This document shows, in pieces, positions 1 through 9,664 of a stretch of 64,000 nt of DNA. Position numbers and translations under genes: made by a program. Source of the DNA: Candidatus Pacearchaeota archaeon (GTDB lineage: Archaea; Nanobdellota; Nanobdellia; Pacearchaeales; GW2011-AR1); NCBI GenBank assembly GCA_964202455.1, contig CAXNIJ010000001.1, positions 46,080-110,079 of the forward strand, given 5' to 3'. The notes below the pieces were generated by a model that did not search any database, was not told the origin of the DNA, and saw only the letters and a list, made by a program, of their open reading frames with translations. Each line of letters starts with the position of its first letter. Position 1 is the stretch's first letter.

Positions 1-258
1 AAGAATATTGCTTAAAATTGTGTGTGCCTCATGAGCAAAAGAAAAGCATAGGCGTTCCATAAAAACCTCTAAAAATTCGATACTATCACTCATATAAAAT
101 GTTAAGAAATATCTCTTAAAAACATTACCGGATCTCAACAGGACTAATCCACACCACAAGTCATAAAGAGAAGTTTGAAAATGCCTAAATTTCCTTAAAA
201 ATTTCTCATCGAAAAGTTTATAAACTATAACCATTATAAGAATTATAAGAGATATAAA

Positions 259-465
259 ATGGAATCGACAACAATCGCAATAACAAAAGAACTCAAAGAA
301 AAAATGAGCGAATTTGGAAACAAGGGAGAGACCTACTCTCAAATACTCTCAAAACTACTTGAAAGTGCAAGACTGCGTCAACTCCATGACCTCTTAATGA
401 ATGAAGAAGACTCTATCTCGATAGACGAGGCCATAATAAACGCTAAAAAGAAATGGCAAAAGTAA
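259..465 (+). CDS. Putative antitoxin (small RHH/RelB-like), paired with downstream RelE-like gene
   Basis: 68 aa, N-terminal TTIAI beta-strand typical of archaeal RHH-type antitoxins; overlaps toxin gene; similar to 28400..28618. Confidence 0.65.
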   Translation: MESTTIAITKELKEKMSEFGNKGETYSQILSKLLESARLRQLHDLLMNEEDSISIDEAIINAKKKWQK

Positions 466-791
466 TTGTTACAAAAAAGTTAGAAGAAGAAATACAAAAA
501 ATCTTCAAAAAAGAGTCAATAAAAATACTTGAACGCATGAAAGAACTAGAAAACAATCCCCATATAGGAAAACCAGTTGGACAGGTAAGTGGGATGCTAA
601 TCAAAGAAATAAAATATGAAAATTATCGATTTTATGGTATTACAGATGGTTTCAAATTGAAAATACTGGGACAAAACGAGCTACAAGACTTGTTAATTAA
701 GTTTATCAGAATGTCTGACAAAAAAAGTCAACAAAAAGTAATTGATAAAATAAAAGAGATATTGAGAAAGTTCGGAGAAGAAATATTCTAG
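453..791 (+). CDS. RelE/ParE-like toxin (putative)
   Basis: 112 aa basic protein, LENNPHIGK and YRFY motifs, overlapping the upstream antitoxin. Confidence 0.6.
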   Translation: MAKVIVTKKLEEEIQKIFKKESIKILERMKELENNPHIGKPVGQVSGMLIKEIKYENYRFYGITDGFKLKILGQNELQDLLIKFIRMSDKKSQQKVIDKIKEILRKFGEEIF

Positions 792-885
792 AATTTATAT
801 CTAGTTCTTTGACTTAAATCTTTATGCAATTTCCAATATATCGTACAACCGATATATTTAAGTACTCAAATATTATTAATTTTCT

Positions 886-1524
886 ATGGAACAAGAAAAT
901 ATTCGTAAAGCCATGGAATGGAGATACGCAACAAAGAAATTCGATTAATCAAAAAAGATTTCAGAAAAAGATTTTAACTTCTTATTAGACATGGTTCGCC
1001 TTTCAGCTTCTTCTTACGGTTTACAACCTTTCAAGATAATTGTAGTTAAAGACGTAGCAATTAGAGAAAAGTTAAAAGATTCTGCTTGGAATCAACCTCA
1101 AGTTACTGACGCATCTCATCTAGTGGTGTTCGCAGCAAAAAAAACCATGGAAGAAAAAGACGTTCAAGAATATATTACATTAATTGCAAAAGAAAGAAAT
1201 ATTCCAGTAGACACATTAAATGGTTATAGGGACATGATGCTTGGATTTGTCAAGGGAAACAAACCTGAATTCTTAGCAGAATGGACAAAAAAACAAGCTT
1301 ACATCGCGCTAGGAACTCTATTAGAAACTGCAGCACTGTTAAACATTGACGCTTGTCCAATGGAAGGTTTCGACGCATCAAGATTTGACTTAATTCTAGA
1401 ATTAGATAAAATTGGTCTTTCAAGTGCAATGATCTGTGCTCTTGGATATCGCGCTTCTGACGACGAATCTGCAAAATACAAGAAAGTTCGTTTTCCAACA
1501 AGTTCTTTAGTAATTACAAAGTAA
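886..1524 (+). pseudogene. NfsB-like NAD(P)H nitroreductase interrupted by in-frame TAA at 946-948
   Basis: ATG 886 reads MEQENIRKAMEWRYATKKFD*SKKISEKD in frame with ORF 991..1524 (SASSYGLQP, AWNQPQV, CPMEGFD motifs). Confidence 0.8.
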
Positions 1525-1529
1525 TTTTT

Positions 1530-2726
1530 CTATTTGGGCACAATCGTAGCACTAGAATAATTCTTCACTAATTCTCGAGAAAGTTTCTTTACTTCTGCCA
1601 AACTAACTGCTCGAATCCTCTTCTCTCTTGTATAATAATCTTCGGCTTTCACAGCAAGTTCATAAAATAATAGTTCTTGCATGACTCGAGTACTCTCTTC
1701 CTGAGAAATTTCTTGTAATCCAACTAACCTCTCCTTAGCTTCAACTAAATCTTTTTCATTCATCTTTTCAATATCTCTAAATCCCTGTAAAATCATTTTC
1801 TTCACTTCTAAAACTGCCTTCTTAGTCGTTCCTGCATAAATAGTATAATAAGAATAACTTTTTTCGGTACTTACTGAACTATGTATAGTATATGCTAAGC
1901 CTTTCTCCTCGCGAATCTTCAAAAACAACTGCGAAGACATTCCGCTTGCTAAATAAGCATCCATTACTTCAAGCACCGAATATTTTTTCTCATTCATTAA
2001 AGGCGCATGCATTCCAATGAGTAAATGTGCTTGATCAATTCCTTCGCGTTCTTCCACGCTTTCAGCATTTTTCTTCTTAATAGTCATTTTTTCTTCCTTC
2101 CTCTTTCCAGATATAAACTTCTTCTCTAGCCAAGCGCAAACTTTGTCAACATCAACATCTCCAACTATTGTAACGATATATTTTTCAGGAGTATAGTGTT
2201 TTTTATAAAAATCAACAACAAAATCCCTATTTAATTCTGAAACAGTTTTAGCACTTCCAATTATACCTTCTCCAAATGGTTTCTCATATAAGTTTTTAAC
2301 AATCATATCGTGAACTGCTCTACTTGGATCGTCATGATACATTTTAATTTCTTCAAGAATTACTCTCTTCTCTTTCTCAAATTTCTTCTCTTCAAATATG
2401 GGATTAAGTAAAATATCTCCTAGAATTTCAAGTCCAGCAAATAAATGTCTACTCGGTAATTTAAACCAAAATGAAGTGATTTCATTAGTGGTAAATGCAT
2501 TCACAACGCCGCCCTTCTTTTCAATTTCACGAGAAATATCTTCATGGGTGCGAGTTTTAGTCCCCGTAAAAACCATATGTTCAATTACGTGTGCAATTCC
2601 TTTTATCTTGCTGTCCTCTAGGCCAGCACCGAACCTATTGGATATACTAAAAGCAACAACGGGCAAATCTCGCTTTTCAACAATCACCCTCATCCCATTT
2701 TTTAATGTTCTACGAACAAAACTCAT
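1530..2726 (-). CDS. M16 family (pitrilysin-like) zinc peptidase
   Basis: HxxEH motif (AHVIEH), NAFT, IREEKGLAY. Confidence 0.92.
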   Translation of the reverse strand: MSFVRRTLKNGMRVIVEKRDLPVVAFSISNRFGAGLEDSKIKGIAHVIEHMVFTGTKTRTHEDISREIEKKGGVVNAFTTNEITSFWFKLPSRHLFAGLEILGDILLNPIFEEKKFEKEKRVILEEIKMYHDDPSRAVHDMIVKNLYEKPFGEGIIGSAKTVSELNRDFVVDFYKKHYTPEKYIVTIVGDVDVDKVCAWLEKKFISGKRKEEKMTIKKKNAESVEEREGIDQAHLLIGMHAPLMNEKKYSVLEVMDAYLASGMSSQLFLKIREEKGLAYTIHSSVSTEKSYSYYTIYAGTTKKAVLEVKKMILQGFRDIEKMNEKDLVEAKERLVGLQEISQEESTRVMQELLFYELAVKAEDYYTREKRIRAVSLAEVKKLSRELVKNYSSATIVPK

Positions 2727-2775
2727 ACATCTTAAAAAAGAAAATCCTTAATAAACCCTTCTTCCATATAATTTC

Positions 2776-3684
2776 ATGCCAGTCAATCCAGGATACGAAT
2801 ACGTCAATGCAGAAAAAAAATATCTTCAAGCATTAACTCTTGAAGAAAGAATAGTTGCGACTGAAGAAATGATAAAAACTGCTCCAAAACATAAATCTTC
2901 TGAAAATCTCCTCGCACTCTTAAGAACACGTCTAAAAAAATTCCTCGTAAAAAAAGAAAAGAACAAAAAAGTAGGAAAAACTACTCAAAAGAGCATAAGA
3001 AAAGAGGGTTATCAGATAGTCTTATTGGGATTTCCAAACTCAGGTAAATCTTCTCTCCTCAAAGCTCTCACAAATGCCAAGCCTCTAATCAGCCCAATCG
3101 CTTTCACAACAAGAATGCCTGAATTGGGCACCTTAGTTTATCAAGGAGTAAAAGCTCAAATAGTGGACCTTCCAGCAATAGGCGCTGAAACATTTGACAT
3201 AGGGATAGTAAATACTGCAGATTGTATTGTCATTGTAATCGAGTCTCTTCCAGAATATGAAAAAATTCTTTCTCTTCTGCCTAAGTCATACGGTACAAAA
3301 CAAATTGTATTTACAAAAGTTGACCTTCTATCTGAACAGGAAGAGAGAAAACTCCACGCGACTCTAAAGAGCAAAAAAATCCACGCGATTGTCGTTTCGA
3401 CAGAAACTAGGCAAGGAATTCCAGAACTAAAAGAACAAATTTTCCAAAATATGAATGTTATTCGAGTTTACACAAAAGAACCTGGCAAACCTATCGCAAC
3501 AATGCCTCTCGTCTTAGAAAAAAATTCAAGCGTTAAAGATGCAGCAGAAAAAATAGTAAAAGGATTTTCATCAACAGTTAAAGAAACTCGTATTTCTGGT
3601 CCCAGTAGTAAGTTCGCAAATCAGCGCGTCGGCCTTACTCATATCCTAAAAGACAAAGATATTATAGAATTCCACACTTTCTAA
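2776..3684 (+). CDS. OBG/DRG-related GTPase with C-terminal TGS domain
   Basis: GFPNSGKS, FTT, DLP, TKVD; C-terminal RVYTKEPG...VGLTHILKDKDIIE. Confidence 0.88.
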   Translation: MPVNPGYEYVNAEKKYLQALTLEERIVATEEMIKTAPKHKSSENLLALLRTRLKKFLVKKEKNKKVGKTTQKSIRKEGYQIVLLGFPNSGKSSLLKALTNAKPLISPIAFTTRMPELGTLVYQGVKAQIVDLPAIGAETFDIGIVNTADCIVIVIESLPEYEKILSLLPKSYGTKQIVFTKVDLLSEQEERKLHATLKSKKIHAIVVSTETRQGIPELKEQIFQNMNVIRVYTKEPGKPIATMPLVLEKNSSVKDAAEKIVKGFSSTVKETRISGPSSKFANQRVGLTHILKDKDIIEFHTF

Positions 3685-3806
3685 TATCAAGTTCTCCATA
3701 ACCAAACATATATGACTCCGTGAAAGAAATCGAAGCAGATAATTATTATCTCGCGCAAAACCAATCCCTAGCAAATCCTTATAAATCCTAAAAACTTCTC
3801 CAAGAT

Positions 3807-4307
3807 ATGCAAACTTGGCGAGAACTCTACCCTCTAGAAAGCACAAAGCCTCTAAAGAAAACTCTGGGCAGCATATTGGGATTTTTAATATTTATCTTTG
3901 TGGGAATACTATTTTTTACATTTGCAGAATCAAATCAAAATAAAGGAGATTTATCTTTTTTATCTTCATATTGGGTTTGGATATTTACGGCATTTATAAT
4001 TTGGTTCATCTTGAAATACATTTACGAAGTATTCTATATGAAATATTACTTTTATGATGCAACTCCTCAAACTCTCTCAATAAAAAAGGGAGTATTTTCA
4101 AGAAACGAAATAATTCTACCATTTAAGCGTCTTCAAGACGTCTATGTTGATCAAGATATTCTAGATAGAATATTCGGACTATATGACGTTCACGTAAGTA
4201 GTGCAACGGCAACCTCGGCAACACTCTCACATATTGACGGCCTAAACAAAGAAAATGCAGAAAAAGTAAAAACAATACTTCTAAGTAAAATTCACGATGG
4301 CAATTAA
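3807..4307 (+). CDS. Membrane protein with bacterial PH domain (YdbS-like)
   Basis: Two TM helices, then IKKGVF...LPFKRLQDV...QDILDRIFGL. Confidence 0.8.
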   Translation: MQTWRELYPLESTKPLKKTLGSILGFLIFIFVGILFFTFAESNQNKGDLSFLSSYWVWIFTAFIIWFILKYIYEVFYMKYYFYDATPQTLSIKKGVFSRNEIILPFKRLQDVYVDQDILDRIFGLYDVHVSSATATSATLSHIDGLNKENAEKVKTILLSKIHDGN

Positions 4308-4826
4308 ATGACTCAACCCTATCGCATTAATCTAGGAAAACAATTTTTCTGCACATTAGTTGAATCTTCCATAGGAGTTATTTTCATAGCTTTAATTTTC
4401 TTAATAATCTCAGCTTCTATAAATATTGAAAGCAATTCAATACTAATCGTGGCTAGTGGATGGTTGGGATTAATGCTTGGAATTATTATCTTGGGTGGCC
4501 TCTTCCAAGCAATTACTCTTTATTTCATTTCATATGAACTAACTCCACAAACATTAATCATGCGCGGAGGAATTATCGCTAGATACGAAAGAAACGTTCC
4601 TTTCTCAAAAATTCAACACCTTGTACTTTCACAAACACTAATGCAAAGAATTTTTCACTTATCGACCTTCTCAGTACAAAATGCAGATCAAGGAAACATA
4701 GTTCAAACTCATAACATACTTCTAGCAAATATCTCTCTTCCAGGTCTATCTAAATCAGATGCAGAAGCACTAAGAAAAGAAATAATAGGTAAAGTAATCA
4801 AAACTAAAGGTTCTGGAATTAATTAA
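4308..4826 (+). CDS. Membrane protein with bacterial PH domain (paralog of upstream gene)
   Basis: Two TM helices, RGGII...VPFSKIQH...QTLMQRIFHL; translationally coupled (TAAATG). Confidence 0.78.
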   Translation: MTQPYRINLGKQFFCTLVESSIGVIFIALIFLIISASINIESNSILIVASGWLGLMLGIIILGGLFQAITLYFISYELTPQTLIMRGGIIARYERNVPFSKIQHLVLSQTLMQRIFHLSTFSVQNADQGNIVQTHNILLANISLPGLSKSDAEALRKEIIGKVIKTKGSGIN

Positions 4827-4852
4827 AACAACTATTATCCGGAAACCATTCA

Positions 4853-4915
4853 CAACTTAAAACATCAGGAATAAAATTCTTGACTGGCAGGGTTTGCGTC
4901 AAGTTCCGTGACATC
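4853..4915 (-). repeat. Modular hairpin element, short copy
   Basis: Reverse complement GATGTCACGGAACTTGACGCAAACC...TCAAGAAT/ATTCCTGA...TGTTTTAAGTTG shares both ends with 33520..33803 and 54221..54394. Confidence 0.8.
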
Positions 4916-5546
4916 AATCTTCATCGCTCTTAAGTCCAGGCTTATCTAGTCTAATATAAGTCATAAAAATAAGTAAGGTGCTAACGACAAAATAAAGAAT
5001 CACTCTCATAACTTGAAACATCTCTGGGGATAGTCCGCTATTCTCGCCAGTAATGCGCATTAGATTTGAACCAAATGAAGTAAGTGCCGAGAACAATGAA
5101 ATATATCCTGAAAATAATATTACAAACACCCCTCCAGATAATAGGCCTGAACCAATACTCCTATATCCTAGCATCAAGAAACCTACTAAAATAAGTAATA
5201 TTCCCGCTAAACCATAAAGCACAAAAGAAATTACTTGATAATTTTGAAGTTGACTGCCCAAATTTTTCATACAAGATGATTCTGTCTTCTGTGCATCACG
5301 ATTACAAGAGTCATATTCTTCTGAAGAATAGACTTTAGACTGGCAACTTGAATATTCCGAACTGAAATCGTAGCCCTTTGGAGATTTTCCGCACTGCTTT
5401 TCAATAATTGAGGCACATAATGTCCCGCCATTGCAAGAGCCATATGACACATCTGGGGACTTATAGGCTAAAGAAAGAACTTCTACTATAAAAAAAGAAA
5501 CAAACAATGCAATACTTAACGCAGCAACAAGTTTCGCTAGTTCCAT
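4914..5546 (-). CDS. Membrane protein with Cys-rich extracellular loop
   Basis: N-terminal TM, 6-Cys loop, three further TM helices. Confidence 0.7.
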   Translation of the reverse strand: MELAKLVAALSIALFVSFFIVEVLSLAYKSPDVSYGSCNGGTLCASIIEKQCGKSPKGYDFSSEYSSCQSKVYSSEEYDSCNRDAQKTESSCMKNLGSQLQNYQVISFVLYGLAGILLILVGFLMLGYRSIGSGLLSGGVFVILFSGYISLFSALTSFGSNLMRITGENSGLSPEMFQVMRVILYFVVSTLLIFMTYIRLDKPGLKSDED

Positions 5547-5596
5547 TTTATCCCAAGAACAACCTTCCTTTTAAATCTTGTCTCATTAATAGAGTC

Positions 5597-5926
5597 ATGC
5601 AATTAATTCATAAACTCCTGATTTTCTCAATTCTGGGAATTTCCATTCTTCTCTTCAGCACTTCTCTTCCTCCAAAAGAAATTTATTCTGACAAAGGCCT
5701 CCTAATTTTGCTAGAAAATCAAAACATAATAACTAAAAGCAAAATCTCATCTATATCGACCACACAGACATTTACTTTCATTACCTTAGAAAATGAGGTT
5801 ATTGTAAAAGCAAACAAGAATCTTGATTTCATCAAAGGAAAGACAATTTTAGTGCAAGGCACAAAAGAGTCGTATGATAAAAATATTTATATAAAAGCAA
5901 AAAAAATAACATTCTTACAATCATAA
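5597..5926 (+). CDS. Small membrane-anchored protein, possible OB-fold
   Basis: ATG 5597 within ORF 5507..5926; hydrophobic N-terminus then beta-rich domain (ILVQGTKESY...YIKAKKI). Confidence 0.5.
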   Translation: MQLIHKLLIFSILGISILLFSTSLPPKEIYSDKGLLILLENQNIITKSKISSISTTQTFTFITLENEVIVKANKNLDFIKGKTILVQGTKESYDKNIYIKAKKITFLQS

Positions 5927-5976
5927 AAAAGATACACTACCTCAACTTAAAACATCGAGAATGAAATTCCGGACAT
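5926..5976 (-). repeat. Modular hairpin element, minimal copy
   Basis: Reverse complement ATGTC-[one hairpin]-GATGTTTTAAGTTGAGGTAGTGTATC matches the right end of 54221..54394. Confidence 0.7.
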
Positions 5977-6025
5977 AGAAGAATTCACAACATAATTTTA
6001 TATACTTCAAAATACTCAAATAAAA

Positions 6026-6622
6026 ATGAATCTCCTAAAAATTTCAAGCGTTGTTGCAATTCTTTTAGCCTTAATCTTCTTCTCTCATTCTATTCTAAAC
6101 TTACTTGGTTTTGCAGTATCAAATAAAGCAATTACTTTAGATGTAATCCCAGAAAATCTAAAGTCTTTCGTAACTTACATTCTAACAAATTTTCTAACAA
6201 TTATCCGTTCATTCACAATAATGGAATCTCTCTTTGGCGCCCTAATATTTTTTACTTTTGAAAGAATTGCCAAACTAAAAAATCTCCAAGCACTAAGAAT
6301 AACTTCAATTCTAGCATTAATTGCAGTTCTTCTCCCAGGAATTAGTACTTTATTTTCAATGGGTAGTTTCTCATTTATATTTGCAGACAACACAATCTCC
6401 CTAATCCTAGGTTCGACATTTATTTTATTCGGAGTCTCTCTAATAAGAATAAAAACTTCTTCTTGGGAAATGCTCACATCATCTTTAGGAATTCTACAAA
6501 TTCTTGAAGGTCTTGTACTAATTTCCACTTTCTGGATTCCATTGAGACTAGTAGAGTTTTCAATTGCTATTTATATCCTGCAAGCAGTTTTCTTCTGGAA
6601 ATTTAGTAAGTTCAAGAAATAA
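6026..6622 (+). CDS. Polytopic membrane protein, unknown function
   Basis: 198 aa, about 6 hydrophobic segments; TATA (TTTATATA) upstream. Confidence 0.7.
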   Translation: MNLLKISSVVAILLALIFFSHSILNLLGFAVSNKAITLDVIPENLKSFVTYILTNFLTIIRSFTIMESLFGALIFFTFERIAKLKNLQALRITSILALIAVLLPGISTLFSMGSFSFIFADNTISLILGSTFILFGVSLIRIKTSSWEMLTSSLGILQILEGLVLISTFWIPLRLVEFSIAIYILQAVFFWKFSKFKK

Positions 6623-7769
6623 TCTCATAGTTCATAAAAATCTTCCTAGAGCAATTCATAATTTCAAATTCTAACTCTTTTATCTTAATCATATTTTTTT
6701 CTTTTTTCTTTAATTCTTCCGCAGCTTCATTCTTTAGACTTAAAATCTCTTTCTCTTTCTTATTCAAATCCTCCTCAAATAAAAAAACTTCCTTTTCTCC
6801 ACCATGTAATTCAGGCACAACTTTAAGTTTTCCCACTAATTTATCAATATCCCCCAACTCCAAACTCTGTGCAGATTTCACCATTTCCAGAATTTCTAAA
6901 TGTTCATCTTCAAGAAGAGCGAATCTGAAATTACTTTGATATTTTTTCAGTAAGTTATTTTTCTTTTCATCGTGATGAAAACATTTTCCAAGCAGTTTAA
7001 AATTAATTCTATTTTTCAGAGAATTTAATTCATTTTCAATTACTTTTACATTCAATTCTTTCATTTTAATATCTTTCAAATATTCTTCGCCACTTCTAAT
7101 TTTCTTAATTTGCATTATATTAATTTCAACTTCTTTCTTACATTCACTAATATCTTTGTCTAATCGCGCCTTATCATTTTCTATTTCCTTAGTATGTTTC
7201 TTTTTATCTTCTAATTCATTAAATAACTCTAGAATATATTGAATTTTTTTAGCTTCTTCATTAATCTCTAAATTAATTTTATCACATTTTCTAAAATCTC
7301 TAATAAATGCCCCGATAACTTCTCTTGTGACTCTCATTTCTTCTCCAACTAGAAAAGTGGATTTCTCAAATGGTAAATGTGCAGAAGAATCGAAATCTTT
7401 TAAAATTGAATTGATTTTAATAAAATAATCGTTAGAATCATCTACAAAAGTTCCTCTAAGTTGAGTTATCAACTTTCTTAATAAAGAAATATAAAGAAAA
7501 AGATTTTCTTTTACAATAAATTTTATCTTTTCATGTTCTTTCTTCTTATCAATATCTACTTTTTCTAGTAACTTAATAGGTTCTTGGAGGCTTTCCTCAA
7601 GAATCAAAATATTTTCTTTGACTTCTTTCCTCAATTCCCCATATTTTCTCAAATGCTCTTTCTCTCTTTCCTCAATAATCTGGGGCAATCTTTCAAAATT
7701 GATCTTTTCTTTTTGAATTTCTCCCATGACTTCATTCCTCTGTTTCTTAAAAAGTCCAAACCATGACAT
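6612..7769 (-). CDS. Hypothetical coiled-coil protein
   Basis: 385 aa, E/K-rich heptad-like composition. Confidence 0.7.
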   Translation of the reverse strand: MSWFGLFKKQRNEVMGEIQKEKINFERLPQIIEEREKEHLRKYGELRKEVKENILILEESLQEPIKLLEKVDIDKKKEHEKIKFIVKENLFLYISLLRKLITQLRGTFVDDSNDYFIKINSILKDFDSSAHLPFEKSTFLVGEEMRVTREVIGAFIRDFRKCDKINLEINEEAKKIQYILELFNELEDKKKHTKEIENDKARLDKDISECKKEVEINIMQIKKIRSGEEYLKDIKMKELNVKVIENELNSLKNRINFKLLGKCFHHDEKKNNLLKKYQSNFRFALLEDEHLEILEMVKSAQSLELGDIDKLVGKLKVVPELHGGEKEVFLFEEDLNKKEKEILSLKNEAAEELKKKEKNMIKIKELEFEIMNCSRKIFMNYEIIS

Positions 7770-7845
7770 CTTTATTCTAATTAGTTAGACTATAAAAATA
7801 AGATGAAAGACTAAAATTATAAATTCCAAAAATCCTAATCACTAC

Positions 7846-9075
7846 ATGCTAATCGAACTCTCTCTAGCTCTCTTGCTTGGCGTCTTAGCTGGCACTTTCA
7901 CCGGCTTAGCTCCGGGAATCCACATAAATCTCATTGCATCACTCCTTCTTTTATCTAGACCAAATCCCTCAAAAGATCTTCTTCTCCCATTTTCTATCTT
8001 TATCATAGCAATGTCAATTACTCATACATTCATAGATTTCATTCCTTCAATTTTCCTAGGGGCGCCAGAAGAAGACACTTTCCTCTCAATTCTTCCAGGA
8101 CATGAACTCCTTAGAGATGGTCGCGGACAAGAAGCAGTTACTCTTACTCTTTACGGCGCGCTCTCCGCTATGCCTCTTATAATAATTATCTCTCCCCTCT
8201 ATTTATTCGCCCTTCCTTCATTTTATCTAGAGTTAAAATCCTTTCTCCCTTTCATCCTCATATTTATTTCAATATATATTATACTTAGAGAAAAAGACAT
8301 TCTTCTCTCAAGCATAACTTTCCTTCTTTCTGGATTTCTCGGATATGCTTCCTTTAACATTCCAATCAAAGAACCACTTTTTCCTTTATTAACTGGTCTT
8401 TTCGGCTTATCTTCTCTTTTCATCTCTCTAAATGAAAAAAACAGCCCAGTTAAACAAGAAATTCTTCCTCTTAAAAAAATCTCATTAACTTCTCAAGAAA
8501 AAAGAAACGGATTTTTAGCGGCGCTGATTTCAACACCATTATGTTCTTTTCTTCCAGGAATTGGGTCTAGTCACGCAGCAACTCTAGGCTCAGAAATAAT
8601 TACTCAATCTAAAAAAAGCTTCTTATTCCTTACAGGAATTGTCGGCACAACCGTAATGGCTCTCTCATTCATTACTTTAATTGCAATAAATAAATCTAGA
8701 TCTGGAACTGCCTCGGCAATACAAGACCTTATTCCAAATCTCTCTCCTCATTTACCTTTAATTTTTTTAACAATTATTATTTCAGCAATCTTTGCATTTA
8801 TTATTGGCACTTATTTGGCAAAATTATTCGCAAAATTTATTAATAATATAAATTATCGTTCATTGACGCTAGTAATTATCTACTTATTGATCGCCTTAAA
8901 TGTAAATTTTGCAATATTTTCCTATTTTGACAATTTAATCTCATTTTTTCTCCATATGTTAGTATTGACTTCGGCAACAACTCTTGGTCTCTTCTGCATC
9001 TTATCTGGTGCAAAAAGAATCCAGCTCATGGGTGCCCTAATACTCCCAACAATTATCTTCTATCTTTTCAATTGA
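7846..9075 (+). CDS. TctA-family (DUF112) tripartite tricarboxylate transporter-like permease
   Basis: GTFTGLAPGIHIN, THTFIDFIPSIFLGAP, LPGH motifs; multiple TMs. Confidence 0.88.
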   Translation: MLIELSLALLLGVLAGTFTGLAPGIHINLIASLLLLSRPNPSKDLLLPFSIFIIAMSITHTFIDFIPSIFLGAPEEDTFLSILPGHELLRDGRGQEAVTLTLYGALSAMPLIIIISPLYLFALPSFYLELKSFLPFILIFISIYIILREKDILLSSITFLLSGFLGYASFNIPIKEPLFPLLTGLFGLSSLFISLNEKNSPVKQEILPLKKISLTSQEKRNGFLAALISTPLCSFLPGIGSSHAATLGSEIITQSKKSFLFLTGIVGTTVMALSFITLIAINKSRSGTASAIQDLIPNLSPHLPLIFLTIIISAIFAFIIGTYLAKLFAKFINNINYRSLTLVIIYLLIALNVNFAIFSYFDNLISFFLHMLVLTSATTLGLFCILSGAKRIQLMGALILPTIIFYLFN

Positions 9076-9115
9076 ACACCATAATACTTATAAAATCAAA
9101 AATCAAGTAAATTTT

Positions 9116-9526
9116 ATGCCTTACTCGCAAATGGACAGCCCAACATTAGAATTATTGACCAATACTAAAAGAGACTCATTAATTCTTCTACTCCATAATA
9201 AAGACAATTCTGGATATCTAGCAAGATTTAATGAGGTAATCAATGGGGGAACTCCGGAAAGCACTTATGCAGATACTTCAAAGCTTTTTGAAATATCTCC
9301 GGTAAACCTTCTCGAAGACTTATCTATTCCTCAAATAAGGCCCCTAGATATAAGAGGAGTTCCAAATTTAAATGAGTATTCTGCATATATTGGAAAACTA
9401 GAAATAAGAAATGCATTTTCAACAACTCCCTGGCTGGCTCCTTACGATGCACTTATGCAATATTGTGAACGACCTGAAGAAAGACCTCCAATTGATTTCA
9501 ATCAAATTATTTTTTCTTTAGATTAA
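9116..9526 (+). CDS. Hypothetical protein
   Basis: 136 aa ORF with TATA (TTATAAAA) about 25 nt upstream. Confidence 0.55.
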   Translation: MPYSQMDSPTLELLTNTKRDSLILLLHNKDNSGYLARFNEVINGGTPESTYADTSKLFEISPVNLLEDLSIPQIRPLDIRGVPNLNEYSAYIGKLEIRNAFSTTPWLAPYDALMQYCERPEERPPIDFNQIIFSLD

Positions 9527-9543
9527 ATTTCTTTTAAATTTTC

Positions 9544-9664
9544 AAACCACTTAGCAATACTTTCTTGTTTTTCTTTACCTCAAAAATAATTTAAATTCTT
9601 TATTTTTGCAGAGATAGAAAAAAATGAACTAAAACCACTTAGCAATACTTTCTTGTTTTTCTTT
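9544..9664. repeat. 33-bp direct repeat duplicating the 3' end of the DP2 gene
   Basis: AAACCACTTAGCAATACTTTCTTGTTTTTCTTT at 9544-9576 and 9632-9664. Confidence 0.9.
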
